Source: Camelus ferus (lineage: Eukaryota). Taken from it: a DNA stretch of 64,000 bases. A program made the position numbers and the translations under genes. Positions 24,223 through 38,415 of this stretch are shown here, piece by piece (position 1 is the first letter of the stretch; every line of letters starts with the position of its first letter). Location: NCBI RefSeq assembly GCF_009834535.1, contig NC_045697.1, forward strand, positions 56,422,001 through 56,486,000. The letters run 5' to 3'. Below the pieces are notes generated by a model. It was not told the DNA's origin and ran no database searches. It saw nothing but the letters and a program-made list of their open reading frames with translations.

Positions 24223-25932
24223 TATGGAGAATACACATGATCACATACAAGAAATTTCAAGGTTGTAACAAACGCACCATACAGTCTCCATTCTACACAA
24301 ATTAATGTATATGTTTGTACCAACTTGATTTATGTTTTGATTTGGTGGTTTATGCCCAGTTATTTTCTGAACTCTGATTACTCTTACCAGAAAAGCTCTT
24401 TTTCTAGATTCTCATATTTTTTGCTTTTGGCTAGTGATAGTGAATATCAACTGATGGCGAAAGAAATGGATACTTTTCTTGTGTAAGAGTATTCAACTGT
24501 AATTTGGTTTTTCACTTTAACCAGGTTATTTAGAAAATGAAGATGATTAAGGCAATGGTTCTATAGTTCTGACTTGTTTCACTAATTTTGATACGGTACA
24601 CAACCATGTCTCAGTTAATATTGCCATATTACTTTTTTATAACTGCACAGGGACAAAATTAAGCCCTCATGCTCTTTAACATATATAATTATTACAGAGC
24701 CTTTTATTAACTCAGGTTCCAAGAAAAATGAAGCTGAAAAATAGGGTGAATGATAGCAGTTGAGCACATACAACACTCATGAACACACACAGATAGATAG
24801 ATATACACAGTCTAAAAGATATTTAAGAAAATAGAAACCATATTCCATATTCCATTTCAGAAATTTTAGTCTCCAGCTATCTAACTACTTGACCACCTTA
24901 TCTCTAGAGCCAAAAGTCACATGCTTGCTATAAAATTAATTACTTTTTAGAAGTACTATATCTATTATATGCACTTAGCAGAAACTTTAAAAAATAACCA
25001 AAAACACACATCCTTAGAACTGCAATCATCATATCAGATTTTCTCTCACTGTTTTATGTTTAAAAATAATTTATTTATTCTTGTTTTAGTTATGATATTG
25101 CTTTAAAGTATCCAAAAAATGCTCCACACATAATTTTGACTGAAAGCTTTATGGTTGATTTCTCTTTTATTAATAAAATATTCAAGAACCTGTAGAGGAT
25201 TAAACAGAAGTTGAATCTAACTAAACTAATGCCATGTATCAGGCAAATAAGCCTTGTTTGAGAAATTGCTTTTCCTGCATTCTCAGATACTCCCTATTCT
25301 AAGCCATTTTACCCTGTCAAATATTTCATTAACATCTCCAAACACGGCTCAGACTTTTCATAGAGTTCTCATACTGCTACCCTCAACACGGGTTTAATGA
25401 TTCTGGTAAAGTAATTCCCAAACAAATAGATGGCCTACCATTTGTTTCATGGACAGCTGAAAAATGATGGCCTGCAGAAGGCCATCTGGAAAGAGTACAA
25501 GTAAGAATATTTGACTTTACAGAAAACACCTTAGTTTAATATCTCATATGGAGGATCTTTATGCCAAGTTCATTAACAAAGGCAATAGTGCCAAGGTATT
25601 TTGGCGCTTTGGTGGTTTAAACAATTCACAACTTCTAGCCCAATTTCTTTACATGAATTTTTAAGAAAAATACTGCATGGAAAAAATATATGTATATTTA
25701 ACTCTGGCTGATTTATTAAAATAAGTAAGCTGAGACAGTAAAAATTGGGGGAAAAAAGCTCTTCTTTTTGTATTAACTATTACTATATATAAATAGAAAC
25801 TTACTGTAAAATGATTGAGTATATACAAGTAATGAGCACATTAAGTCTGAATTTTATTCTTGGATGCTGCTCTTCTTATATCATTAAAGTAAACTTTGAT
25901 CTAAGCCCCATGCATCTTAAAAGAAATTTGGT

Positions 25933-26062
25933 TGAGGAGGGGAGGGTAATAGCTCAGTTGGTAGAGTACATCTTAGCATGCACAAGGTCCTGGGTTCAAT
26001 TCCACTGTTATTTTAAAAATAAATAAGTTAAAAACAAACAAACAAGCAAACAAACAAATAAG
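25933..26062 (+). mobile_element. tRNA-Ala-derived SINE (vic-1-like)
   Basis: ggggagggtaatagctcagttggtagagtacatcttagcatgcacaaggtcctgggttcaattcc with (AAAC)n tail; 13-bp TSD aaagaaatttggt at 25920-25932 and 26063-26075. Confidence 0.9.
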
Positions 26063-26229
26063 AAAGAAATTTGGTCAAAACATTTTGCTCTGTTTGTTTA
26101 GAATTTAATAAAGGAAGAGTATTTTTTCTAGTTTTAAATTATTTCAACACATTTCTAAACAATTAATGTTTGACATAATTGTGGCTCTTATGCATCATAA
26201 TATTAATTCTTACTAGGTAAAAAGAATAC

Positions 26230-26620
26230 TAAGCCAGAAAAAGAAAGAAAAATACCATATGCTATCACTTACATGCAGAATCTAATTAAAGAAAAGGACA
26301 AAAATGAACTTATTTACAAAACAGAGACAGACTCACAGACAGAAATCATACCTATGGCTACCAAAGGGGAAAGGGGGTGGGGGGATAAATAGGGAGTTCA
26401 GGATTTGTAGATACTAACTACTATATGTATACAATAGATAAAGAACAAGGTCCTTCTGTATAGCACAGGGAACTATAATGAAAAATAATATGAAAAGGAA
26501 TATAGTATGTATGTATAAATGAATCACTATGCTATACACCAGAAATTAACACAGCATTGTAAATTGACTATACTTCAATAAAAAGTAAAAATAATTAAAA
26601 TTAAAATTAAAAAAATAAAG
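26230..26620 (+). mobile_element. L1 3' end (cetartiodactyl type)
   Basis: aatgaacttatttacaaaacagagacagactcacagac...tgtatagcacagggaactat...gtaaattgactatacttcaataaaaa plus A-rich tail. Confidence 0.9.
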
Positions 26621-27590
26621 TTTCTGCATTTATGTTTTTTAAAAAAAGTATAAACTTGACTGTTGGCATTATGTTCATAAACTGTTGAGAATATGAGCTA
26701 ACAGGAAAAAAGGACCAGAGCTTTGGGCATATGATGCAACTATTTAGATCAGGAAGGAAATGTCATCAGTCTCATTCCTTAGAAGTTGTGCTTACATCTT
26801 TTGAGAGGAATATTAATATCTCTATTTTTGCTTCCAGACCTGTATGATGTATGATGGACCAGTTAACAACTTTGCTTTCTGATCACACCCATACAATTTA
26901 AAAGCAAATATTACGAAATATTTAAGATTAAATGATTTTATTTTGGTTCTTATTTTCGATGTTCTTATCTTGTATTTGACCTTTGCTGGAAATTAAAATT
27001 TGCTTGGCTTTCTTTGGTATTTGTCACTTTGCAATGATGTTGTGTGTGTGTGTGGGTGTGTGTGTGGTGTGTGCCTCTGTATATCCACTGATTATCTCGG
27101 TTTTCACTTGATCCAATTTACATTTCTATATTAATTAATTTTAGACTTATGTTAGTTATTTACAATTTTAATATTTTATAAAATAATATAAAACATAAAT
27201 ACTATGGAATATATTTAATACAATTATATAAAATATCTATATATGAGGCAAAACATTAAATTATTTAAATGCATTATTTTACTTAATCAAAGAAATGAAT
27301 TCACAAGGTAAATTTTTGCAGATAAAACCCTTAAGTTCTAGGAATTTTTTCCTTTTTTTCCCTATACCTAAATAGTAAGTGTTGGAGCTAGGATTCAAGC
27401 ACAGGCCATTATACCTAAGTAAATACTTGAAACTTCACAAAAGGGTTCAATTTCCTATTATACCTTAAAATAGTTAAAAATTCAGTGGTAAGAGAACGTC
27501 AAGTTGACTGGAAATCTTAACCAGCATATGAAATGTAAAAAGATTTATTTCAATTTTCTCTTGATTTCTACATCCTCCAAGAGAGGTTTT

Positions 27591-27592
<2 letters not shown>

Positions 27593-27628
<36 letters not shown>
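27593..27628. repeat. (AC)18 microsatellite
   Basis: Perfect AC run. Confidence 0.95.
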
Positions 27629-27631
<3 letters not shown>

Positions 27632-27707
27632 TTTCATATTCAAACTGGATTTGGGAAATCCTAGTACACCCTAAAGATTCACAATGCAAATAAACATTTT
27701 AAAAGAG

Positions 27708-28197
27708 TCTTAGGAGGCAATTCTTCAAGGGATATGGCATTTCTGAATGTTTTATAGGGGGAGGTACAAAATATCTTTTAATCTGGACTATATTTTCAAG
27801 TATATTTATATAGTGAGCAGCCTTGGAAAATAAGAGCAAAGGAGAAGTATGCTCACTACCCATTAAGATAGACTATACTTCAATTAAATAAAAAAAAGGG
27901 CTAGATTTGAGATTCCTAAACTCAGGGTTCCTCTGTTGTGAAGCAACCCACTGCATGTGCTGGCTTCCTCTGGGTGCATTCATATTGCCTGGATGGGACA
28001 CGAGGGCGGAGCAGAATTGAAGCAAATATGCTGATGTTCATGCTGCCTGCTGTGCTGTAAGTAAAAAAGTCATTTGTCGCTAACCCAGGAATCTTATGAC
28101 TTCTGCTAGCATCCATGAAACTGTAGCAGGCTAACTTGTCACCTTGCAAATAAGGTAAAAGACCAGAACCTCTCCAGTTCTTGAAAATCTTCTGACA
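27708..28197 (+). mobile_element. ERV solo LTR (LTR47-like)
   Basis: ctcagggttcctct...caacccactgcatgtgc, catgctgcctgctgtgctgtaagtaaaaaagtc, cttctgctagcatccatgaaactgtagcaggctaacttgt, ending ctgaca. Confidence 0.75.
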
Positions 28198-28489
28198 AGT
28201 TCTTAAGTCAGTAATGAGTGAGTTCAATTATTTAAATACACATTTCCAAATATCTTCATTCATGAAACATTTGTAACCTGTAATATCCCACAAAATTATT
28301 TTACAATGAACATTAAGATATCCCTAACACAGTTAAGTAGTATGCTTTTTTGACTATCAAGCGATCTTACAAAATTTAATTTGGTTTGATAAAGTACTCA
28401 GATAAAATATATTAAGATTTCTATTGTTTTTACTAAATTCAGGTTTTCCATTATCTTTCAGAATATGTCTCATCTATAGTTGATGGCTT

Positions 28490-31400
28490 CAGTTTAGCTA
28501 ACCATTTACCATAAAAAATATATTGCTATTTTTTCCATTTCTGATTACTAGCAGTATTGTTACAGAAATATAGGTTGTGATATACATATGCACATACATA
28601 TATATGCTTGTGTGTGTGTGTGTGTATTTATTTACGAAGGAAGGTGAAATAACAGGTAACAAAAAGTTGAAGTTAACTTGGAGGAAGCAGGGCAATGACT
28701 TAAAAGAAAATGCTACTTGTTGATAATGTACTGAATTCAGGTTTGGGATTTTCAAATTGAGGAATGTGTTTCATTGAAAAATACAATGAATTTTGTTTAT
28801 GAGATATTAGTAAGTATTATAATTTTTACTAGGGAGCCTATTCAGTTTATAAATTCCAATAATATTCTGAGTTTATAGCTGAAAATACAATAAAAAGACA
28901 TGACCAAAAATCAATAATGAAGTGTTTTGCCACCAACCTCTGTTCATTATGTTTTCTTAATGACTACTGTGAAACTGTTCCTATCACATGAGGTAAATAC
29001 TGTTTTTGTCAGGTGAAATAAAACAAAATGAAGGAAGTTGGCAGGAACTCTTTTAAATTAGGGGCTTCTCTGAAAATGTGACAGTTTTCTGGTGGCGAAG
29101 CTATGAGAACCATGTGAAAAAGATGAAATCATTTTGGTTTTGAAATTGCCTGTCACTCACTACTCTCCTGCCTTATTAGCAAAGCTTTGGTGTTTCTCTT
29201 ATTTTTAATGTCTCAAGATATTATAGTCTTCTTTTATAACACTTTAAAACCACAAATTAAAAAGAAATACATTGACATTTTTGTAAAAACATTTTTTCAA
29301 GTTTTTTTAAATTTAAAAAGGTGTTAGTTCTCAGATAATTTATAAACGTAAACATTGCCCTTGTTCCCCAAGTCCAACTTTTATTTCATGACTTTCTGAA
29401 TTCCAGAGCACCTCCCCAGGCCACCTAATCCCCAGCACAAACAGGAACTGGATGATGCTTCAAATTTGGAACATAAGTCAACTAACAGCACTCAAGTTTT
29501 ACGGCATTCTTCATCTCATGGACTTCTGTGAGTGAATTTTTCTTAAAATATTTTCCTAAATATATTTGTGATTATAAATGTAATATAAGTACATGGTTGA
29601 AAATTTATAAAATAAAGAAATTAACAGAGATGCAAATAAAAATTAAACATCAGCCTACCACTCAGTGATAATGATTATTAATATTTGGTATGACTAGACA
29701 AGCAAATAACTGGGGAAATAATGACAATGTCTTGTTTTTTTTGTTTTGTTTTGTTTTAATGCTGATATTTTTAACTTCATGTATTGTCAGCATTTCACCA
29801 ATTCACTAGCTAGTCCTCAAACTTTGAACATTTGATTTTATGAGCCCTTTATGGGTTGGGCATCTCTTTACCTGTAAGCTTTTTGCAGAGGCTTCATGCT
29901 CTCCATATCAGCCTTTTTTTTGGGTAAGACTTAGCTCCTGGAAACTTCAGTTAGCATGTGAACAGACATGAGGAATAACTCAAGATTGCTCATTTTAGAA
30001 ATCTTCAGACTGTTAACTTTTAAAATGTTTATTCAGCAAGCTTTTTGTTTACTTACAGAGAAATGAGGACTTTCTTTTTTTCTGGTTTCCATTTGATGAA
30101 ATTTCATGTCACAATTCTGATTGTCTTCATTTTTGATCATCATGGAATCGCTTAGATTTTTTTGCTTGATATAGCCATTCCACAACCTGCATAGTTTATT
30201 AGTTAATTTCTGTTTCACTCTCTAGCAAGCACAGAGTATTATAGAAATTCTATATTTTATTATTGCTGAGTGAAAAAATATGACACCACTTTTCAATTTG
30301 TATGGCTTTGAGTGAGATAAGATACCATTCATCTGTTTATTGGCCTTTATATTTATTGCATGCGACTAGGCTTTTGATGTCATATATATATATGCTTTTG
30401 AGAGAAACTTTGTATTTATTTACTGATATGTAAAAACTTACATATCAATGTAGTTAAATCTATTTCTGTTACATTTACCTCAAAGATTGTTTTCAGTTTG
30501 TCATTTGTATTCTTCTGACAGCTTATAAATTTTTATACAGTCAAATTTATCAGTGATTTTCTTTAGAACTTCTCTCATTAATTTATATTTAGAAAATTTT
30601 CTAAACTATAGCTATCTAAAGAGAGAGAAAATTTCAGGTACAGAGAATTGAGTTAATAATACTTCTGAGTTCTTGACAATATAGCAGCATTAGTGTATGC
30701 AATATGTCTTTGTGAATATATTCCTAGTCTTTTCAATTCTACTTAGGAAACCATTCTTTTAATGTATATTCTTTTTATTTCAATGTGTTCTTGTGAGATA
30801 CATATTATATACAGTTTATATAACTTATGTAACTTCTTTGTATTATTCCTTAATGTGCATCCAACATATTTACTTATCCATTTCCCCATAAAGAGTCACC
30901 AGATTGCCTTCAAAACTCCACTACCTCAAATAGTGTGTGTGAACATCATTGTATCTATCTCTGTAGATTTGTGTGGGAATTTCCTTGGCATACATAACCA
31001 GGATAAGGAAATCTGAAACAAAGAGTTCATTTTTTAAATCTAATTTGTCTAAATATTGTTGGATTGCCTCCTAGAATGGATATATCAATCAGCACTTACA
31101 CCTATAGTGGATAAAGATTCCTGAATGCTCACATATCCGCCTCTACTTGTGTTCTCAGATGTTTTATTTTTGCCAAATTTCTGGGAGGAAATTTCTAATT
31201 CATTGTCACTCCCATTCGTATTTCTCTAATTTTAATAAGTTTGGCCATCTCTTTACATGGTTATTTGCCTTTTGTTTGTCCCTCTCTGTGGATTTCTGTT
31301 CACGTCTTTGCCCTTGAGTCCACAAAGATTCTTGTCCTCCAGCTCCATCTTGTTATGTGAATTTTCAGGAGTTCCTCTAACTGCTCTGTTAGTTACATTG

Positions 31401-32200
31401 TGAATATCTTATTTAGTTTGTCTTCTTTTTGTTTGTATTTAGTAATCTTTATTAAAGGTCAAGATTCTAATTTTGCTATAGTCCTAATCGTCAGTTTTCT
31501 GATTTATGATTTTTGATTTGGGGTTTACTCTAATTGTTTCACTACCTAGTTCACAAGGAGTATATTTCTTAAGTAAAAGAACTTTATCAGAAATTGTTTT
31601 TTACACATGATATAATAATATGTTTTTTTCTGTTTGGTCTATTGACTTAGATCATGTAAATACAACATATTGAATGATCTTTGTATTTCTGAGTTAAAGT
31701 ATTTGATCATGAAATATTACTTGTAATATAGTGTTGTGGTTTTTAAACAAATACTTAATTTATCTCTAAGTGATATAAATTTATAATTTTCTTGAGTTTC
31801 TTTATTCAGCTTTCAAATACAGCAGTAATTTTATGAAATGAGGAGGGAAATTTATTCTATTCCTAGTAATAATTTTTAATTTGTTTAATGAATTACTTAA
31901 ATTTCTTTACTGAATTGAATTATGATACTTTTACAAATAAATATTTAATTATCCTGAAATTTATTTTGCAATATAGTGGGATGATTTTTTTGTTCAGATA
32001 ATCAAATATTATATCAATATTTTTGAGGAATGTGTGATTTTTCCATTCATTGCTGACTTCTCTTTTTATCATATTCTGAAGTCTTAAATATATTAGAGAC
32101 TATTTCAGGTCTACGTACATCATTCCATTGATCTTTCTGTTGATTCTTGTACCAGTATTACCAGTATTGCAGTGATTTTCAAAAATATTGTATGGATACT
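28490..32200 (-). mobile_element. Fragmented ancient L1 (L1M/L1ME-type) pieces
   Basis: T-rich reverse-complement L1 ORF2/3'UTR motifs at ~28490-28700, 29560-29690, 30230-30610, 30800-31560 and 32040-32170; not one continuous element. Confidence 0.55.
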
Positions 32201-32484
32201 ATATTTTAAATTTCCCTGCATCTCTAAAATATTTTCAATTGTTTTTGAAATTATAGGACAAAGAAGCTGTAATAAACATGTTTTTCTGCATAATTGTTAT
32301 TGTCAAAATAATTTAGAAATTATCCACTGGCTTGAGGCATACTGTGATAAGAATTTTGAGACCTGTTTTGCTGAACTTAAGAATGATTACATAATGCTCC
32401 ATTTAAAAAAAAGAAATCCTTTCAGTTATCCTAATGAAATTTCCAAAAGCATTTTATTTTTTTCTGTTGACAATACTGTCTTTT

Positions 32485-33170
32485 GAAAATTCTCTTTTCT
32501 TGGGCTGTGTGACACCACAATCTTCTGGTTTTTCTTTTGTTTCATAGATAACTTCCCAACTTCATCCAGGTCATTTTCTTGCTCTTAATTTCTGTCTGTA
32601 TCCAAAATTTTATTGTTCTTCTATCCTTGGCCATTCTTTTTCTTACATGACAGTTTTCTTGAGTGATCACATCTAATCCCATAACATCAATATGGCTATT
32701 ATTTAGAAATGTATATCATTCTCATAGAGCCCTCTTCTGATTTCCAAGTATATGACTTGATTTCCAATTACCCACCTTGATGTCTCACAAGAAACTCAAA
32801 ATCTTGTCCAAAATCAATTTTATAATCTCTTCCTAACCTCAGAACAATCCAATACAAAAATCTTCCCCCTATTCCAGGGGTACCTGTATCAGTGTAGTAT
32901 CAAAGCCATCTAATAGCTCATCCCAGAATGTCATCAATATCTTCAATGATATTTTCCTTTTCCTTAATTTCCACCACCCAATAGCCTTTCAAATACCTAA
33001 TATTGTTAACTCTGTCTAGAAACGTTTAATATGTCCTCATTTTTCCATATTTACCTTTAATACCTCAGCATCTCTAACATTTCTTTTTGTCTGAGTTACT
33101 GTAATAACCATCCTAGGAGGTTTTTCCATATATATCCTTGTCTCACTATTCTTTACACTGCTAGGGGAAT
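32485..33170 (+). mobile_element. L2 fragment
   Basis: tcttgggctgtgtgacaccacaatcttctggtttt, ccttgatgtctcacaagaaactcaaaa, tgtctgagttactgtaataacc. Confidence 0.65.
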
Positions 33171-33183
33171 ATATCAAGAATAT

Positions 33184-33914
33184 AAACTACAGTGAGGTAT
33201 CACCTCACACCTATTAGAATAGTTATCATCAAAAGGTCTACAAATAATAAATAATAGAGAGGGTGTGGTGAAAAGGGAACCCTCCTACACTGTTGATGGG
33301 AATGTAAACTGGTGCAGCCACTATGGAAAACAGTACAGGATTCCTTAAAAAACTAAAAATAGAGTTACCATATGATCCAGTGATCCCACTCCTGGGCATA
33401 TATCTGGAAAAAACAAAAACTCTGACTCGAAAAGATACATGTACCCAAATGTTCATAGCAGCACTATTTACAACAGCCAAGACATGGAAGCAACCTACGT
33501 GTCCATTAACAGATGCCTGGATAAAGAATATGGAATACTACTCAGCCATAAAAAGAATGAAATAATGCCATTTGCAGCAACATGGAGGAACCTAGACATT
33601 ATCATACTGAGAGAAATAAGTCAGACAGAGAAAGACAAGCATCATATGCTATCACTTGTATACAGAATCTAAAAAAAAAAAATGATACAAATGAACTTAT
33701 TTACAAAACAGAAACAGACTCACAGACATGAAAAGAACTTACGCTTACCAAATGGGAAAGGAGAGGAGGGATATATTAGAGGAGTACGGGATCAACAGAT
33801 ACACATCACTATATATAAAATAGATAAACAACAAAGATATATATGTAGTACAGGGAACTATATTCAATGTCTTTTAATAATCTGTAATGGAAAATAATTG
33901 GAAAAAAGATACAT

Positions 33915-33967
<53 letters not shown>

Positions 33968-34035
33968 TATGAAGCACTTTGCTGTACACTTGAAACTAAC
34001 ACAATATTGTAAATCAACTATACTTCAATAAAAAA
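33184..34035 (+). mobile_element. L1 ORF2 C-terminus plus 3' UTR, 5'-truncated
   Basis: Encodes [52 protein letters not shown] (L1 ORF2 end) with frameshifts; internal (CA)(TA)(CA) microsatellite at ~33909-33970; imperfect TSD aa(g/a)aatataaa at 33176-33186 and 34031-34041. Confidence 0.95.
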
Positions 34036-36158
34036 TATAAATACAGTTGTTGTACTCCAATGCTCAAAACGCTGTAGTTTTATTGGTGTTCCTATGAGTG
34101 TTTTATTTAAATGTCCATTTGAAGATGCTCATCATGACCCATTTTTTGCTAGTAGACAGATTATATTAATTTCCAATGAATATTCTTATAGAATATTTGT
34201 CAAATCTTCTAATTTTCCAGACTCGTAGGTGGAGAACAGGATACAGTATTCACTTAGGTCCCCAGAATCTTGCTATCATACCAGCTACGCAGTTCTGTTG
34301 GAGTGAAAGAGTATCCTTCTGTGTATTTCCCTGCTTAATCTTCTGAAACTCTTTACTAATAGAGTTCATAAACAAAAAAATGAATAAAACTGCTCCCACA
34401 AGCCTTCTATTTATTCCCTTGAAAGTACTTTATTTCTGAAGTTTGAATTTCAAACCACTATCATCTTTAGTTTCCACCTCAAGAGAAGTTGGTAGATTTG
34501 TCTGTGTGTGCATGTGTGCAGATTTTTGTTGATGATGATTTTATTTTTTGTCTCTTCAGCAAGTAGCATTCATATAGAAAAGGTAGGTGGAGCAGTTTAT
34601 CATTTTTTAACTGTAACCAAAAATTAGTAACCGAATAGAAAGTTATCCAAATGGCATTAAAATGTTGTTAATAGAAACATAATTATAAATGTTCAATAAA
34701 ATATGAAAATATCTCATTCTTTAGATAAACATTTAGAAGTATATAGTATTTTTTTTTCACTTAATAGCTTGGAAAATATTTGAAAAGTCTGATCCAAAGC
34801 TCTTTTGGCAAAGGTATAGGAAAAAATACCTTTTTGGACACTCTTGTGAATTTGTAAATCCTGGTCAACTGTCTAGGAAGGAAACATGTTGCTATCTGTC
34901 CAAATGTTAAATATACTTATATTTTATCACAGAAATTTCAGTTCTATTATTTACACTTAAGATAAATTAATTCAAGTGTGAAAGCAAACATGTACATAAT
35001 GTTTTCACAAAGTTTTTATTATTAAAATGTGAAATAATCATATTTTAGAAGCTACATTGAGTAAAGTGCAACTATTGCTTTATAGAAACTATCAACATTT
35101 AAAATCTAACAGCATGAAGTGTATAAATTACATATAAACTGACCATTAGAAATTGTCATATAAGGCTTTGTAAAGCTATTATGCCTGAAGGCCACTGGAG
35201 AGCAGTTATACATCCTTTTCCAGAGTCTGGCCTTTCTCATCATAGCAGCTGTCAGAGATCAGCCTAGCTATCAGACAGTTACTTGGGTTAAAATTTTAAG
35301 AACTGTCAGAGACACTAGTCATCGTGTGACCTTTTTCCATTATGCCTTTAACAAAGGTGTCATGGTGCCTTCAGCACTTCTATTGCAAATACTATTAAGA
35401 GGCAATAAATATTATCTAGATTCCATAAAATTCATGAAAATGGCATTATTATCTGATAAAAATCAATCATATGGAATTTCAATGCAATCTCTAGCAATAA
35501 TGTTGATAAATGTATCAAAATCACTAAGGTGAACTTGAATAGGAACTAACCTCAGAAGTTCCCAGTAGGTTTTTTGAGAATGTCAGGAGACAGGGGGAAG
35601 GACTTTGAGAATTTAATGAATCTCCTGTATTCCTTTAGATCTGTCCTGTCAATGGGAGTCTGGTCTGGATTTATATTCTGCAGAGAGCAGCAGTACTCAC
35701 AAATTTTGCTCACATCCTGAGAGGCAGGATGTTGCTTGGCTACACATATACTTTAAAGCATCACAAGGACCCAGACAGGTTTCATTTTAACATTGGTTGA
35801 GATGGAGATTTTTTTATCCACTTTGCATTTTTTAAAGTTGTTGCATTGTCTTCCTGTAATTTACTCTAAGGGCAGAATGCTCGCTTAAGCTTCCTATCAA
35901 TACACTCTTCTTGAAAAGACATTTTCATGCAAAAATAGTAGGAGTGTGTGTGTGTATGTGTGTGTGTTGTGTTTTGGGATGTATAAAACTAGATTGGGAA
36001 TATAGTAAGGGCAAAATATTCATCTTATACAATTTTGTATGCACTAAGCCTACATATGTGCCTGCATGGAATAAATTTTCAATATTATTTTTCAATAAGT
36101 ATTTTTGAATAAATAAATGGATAAATATGAATTTATTATGTTGGTGTCATCTTCAATG

Positions 36159-36436
36159 ATGTTATCCCTCAGTTTCCAAGGAAAACTGGTTCTAGGCTCC
36201 ATCAGAGATACCAAAATCCATGGATACTGAAGACCCATAGTTGGCCCTCCATATCCCAGGAGTCTGTATCTTTAGATTCAACCAGCCAGGGGTGTGGACA
36301 TAACACACGATCACTGGTTTGTTGAATCTGTGGATGTGGAGCCCTCAGATACAGAGGGCAGATTGTATATTTATTGAAAAAAATCCATATATAAGTGGAC
36401 CCACAGTTCAAACCCATGCTGTTCAAGGATCAACTG
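36159..36436. mobile_element. Tigger2/MER8-family non-autonomous DNA transposon
   Basis: gttatccctcagtttcc...ataccaaaatccatggatact at one end; aaaaaaatccatatataagtggacccacagttcaaacccatgctgttcaaggatcaactg followed by TA at the other. Confidence 0.85.
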
Positions 36437-38157
36437 TATATGCATACATATGTATATATTTAGCACCCACATTTTATACCTACAAATGTTTACATATGGG
36501 TACGTATACTTATGCATATATACACCTCCACCTATATCTATAAAGAGAGAACAAAAGTTCATTTTTAGTGTATTCATCTAGTCATTTATTCAATCATTTA
36601 TTCAATAAATATTTATTACTGAACTAGGTTAATACAAATATAAATAAATCTCTGACTTAAGATACTCATTGTGCATAAGCTCATTTATTTGACTGATTTA
36701 TTGGCTGTTTATGCTCACTTACTATCCTTGAGAACCAGTTCTTTTTAGTTCCAGTATTTTACCTTCAAGCTATGGCTCCAAGTGAGAATACTTGTTTCAA
36801 ATGGGTTTGGACACCAACTAATTTCTGAAAATGAGATTCTGCTCCATTTCCAGATAACACTGTATTAAAAAAAAATCTTTTAAATATAATTCATACATAC
36901 ACACATATTTGCAATACTTTTTTATTACACAACTATTGAAACATTCTATATATCTATGGAACTATTTGGAAAACATGTTAGCAAGCTTGGAAGGAAATAA
37001 ATCTATACAATCACCAAGAAAGTGAGACAGGCTGTGAAATGGAACATATGTTGTTATAGAAAGACTTGTGTTTTCAGAAGGACTTTGTTGAAATATCTCA
37101 GAAGAACTTGGTTAAAATAAAATTGTACTTCCTGAAAAGCACATGTATTAATGAATCAACCATTTCTCAGGAAGAAGTGTCAATTAAAGGTGGAAGTGAC
37201 TAGATGCCTTTTATCTGAATATGAAAGATTTTCAGTTTAGAATTTTAAAGAAAATACTGATTTATGTAAATCTTTAAGCAGTTGGAAGAAGAAAAATCCA
37301 AAGAAAAGCTAATTTATCAACATTTTTCATTATTGTTTTGGTTCATCAGAATATACTCATTTAAAATAGCACAAAATAGAGAAAATACAAATATTCATAA
37401 ATTTGGTAAAATGTCACATTTTGTGGGATGAAGTTACTTATGGATGCCAGAATGACTTAACTAGGAAGTTAAATTAAAGGACACATTTAAACAGCTCTAC
37501 TAACTCAATAAACATGGTGAAACAAATTAATTACATTTCTACTTGTAATATTGATAAGGAAAACACAGCAGTCCAGAAGTAGTCAAATATATAAAACAAT
37601 GTGCAGCTATTGCTATGAATTGGGCCTCATGTGTTATGCAACATTCTTTAAAATGAGAAAGATGGAAAATGGGAGATGCCATTAAAATCAAGTTTTGGAA
37701 TAATAAGATAAAACTGTGGATCTTGAAATAACCAATATAAATTTCACTGAAATAATTGTTATCATAGTTTAAATATAAGACAAAAATTAGGTACTTCTCA
37801 TTAATGCAAGAAAGAAGTGAGTCATATGATATAAGCTGCAGCAAACTAAAAAGCCCAGAGGGGAAGGAGATCACTCTTGTCATTCAAAGACAAGAAAAGG
37901 GTAGTCTTCTGTGTATAATGGATGCTGAATCAGAAATCAGGAAAGAGGATATTTTCACTTTATCTTTTGATACATTTCAGACTGCTTCCTAATATTCATG
38001 CAAAACTTTATATGCACAAAAAAAGAACTCAATTTCTTTATTCAGTCAACTGAATGACAAACAGCTGAATGGAAAACCTCTCTGGACTCCCGGAATTACT
38101 AATCACAACTTGTTGACACACGAGAGAAAGCCCACAGAAAGATAATTGGTATTTTAA

Positions 38158-38415
38158 AGCAAAGTTCCCCAAACCATATTCCATGAAACAATAAAGTTCT
38201 ATGAGATTAGTGGATGTCACATAAGAAAGAAGTATACCATTTGGGAAAAGCCACACTTAATATTTCTCCTGTTGGAGATTTCAACAGTGTATTAGCATTT
38301 TAAAGACAACTCAACTCTCTTGCTATAGAGTAATCTATTTAACTTTACTTAACTTAGCATATTTCCCACAATTTGTTTTGTAAAATATCAATAAAAAATC
38401 CATTTAGAAAGGCTA
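38158..38415. mobile_element. Ancient hAT-Charlie element (MER103-like)
   Basis: ttccccaaaccatattccatgaaaca...tttgggaaa...ttggagatt...attagcattttaaag...tttaactttacttaacttagcatatttcccacaa resembles recalled MER103C. Confidence 0.55.

Noticed and set aside
33238..33897. Cluster of 71-80 aa ORFs as a gene
   Set aside because: They are frameshifted pieces or antisense frames of an L1 ORF2 end and 3'UTR.
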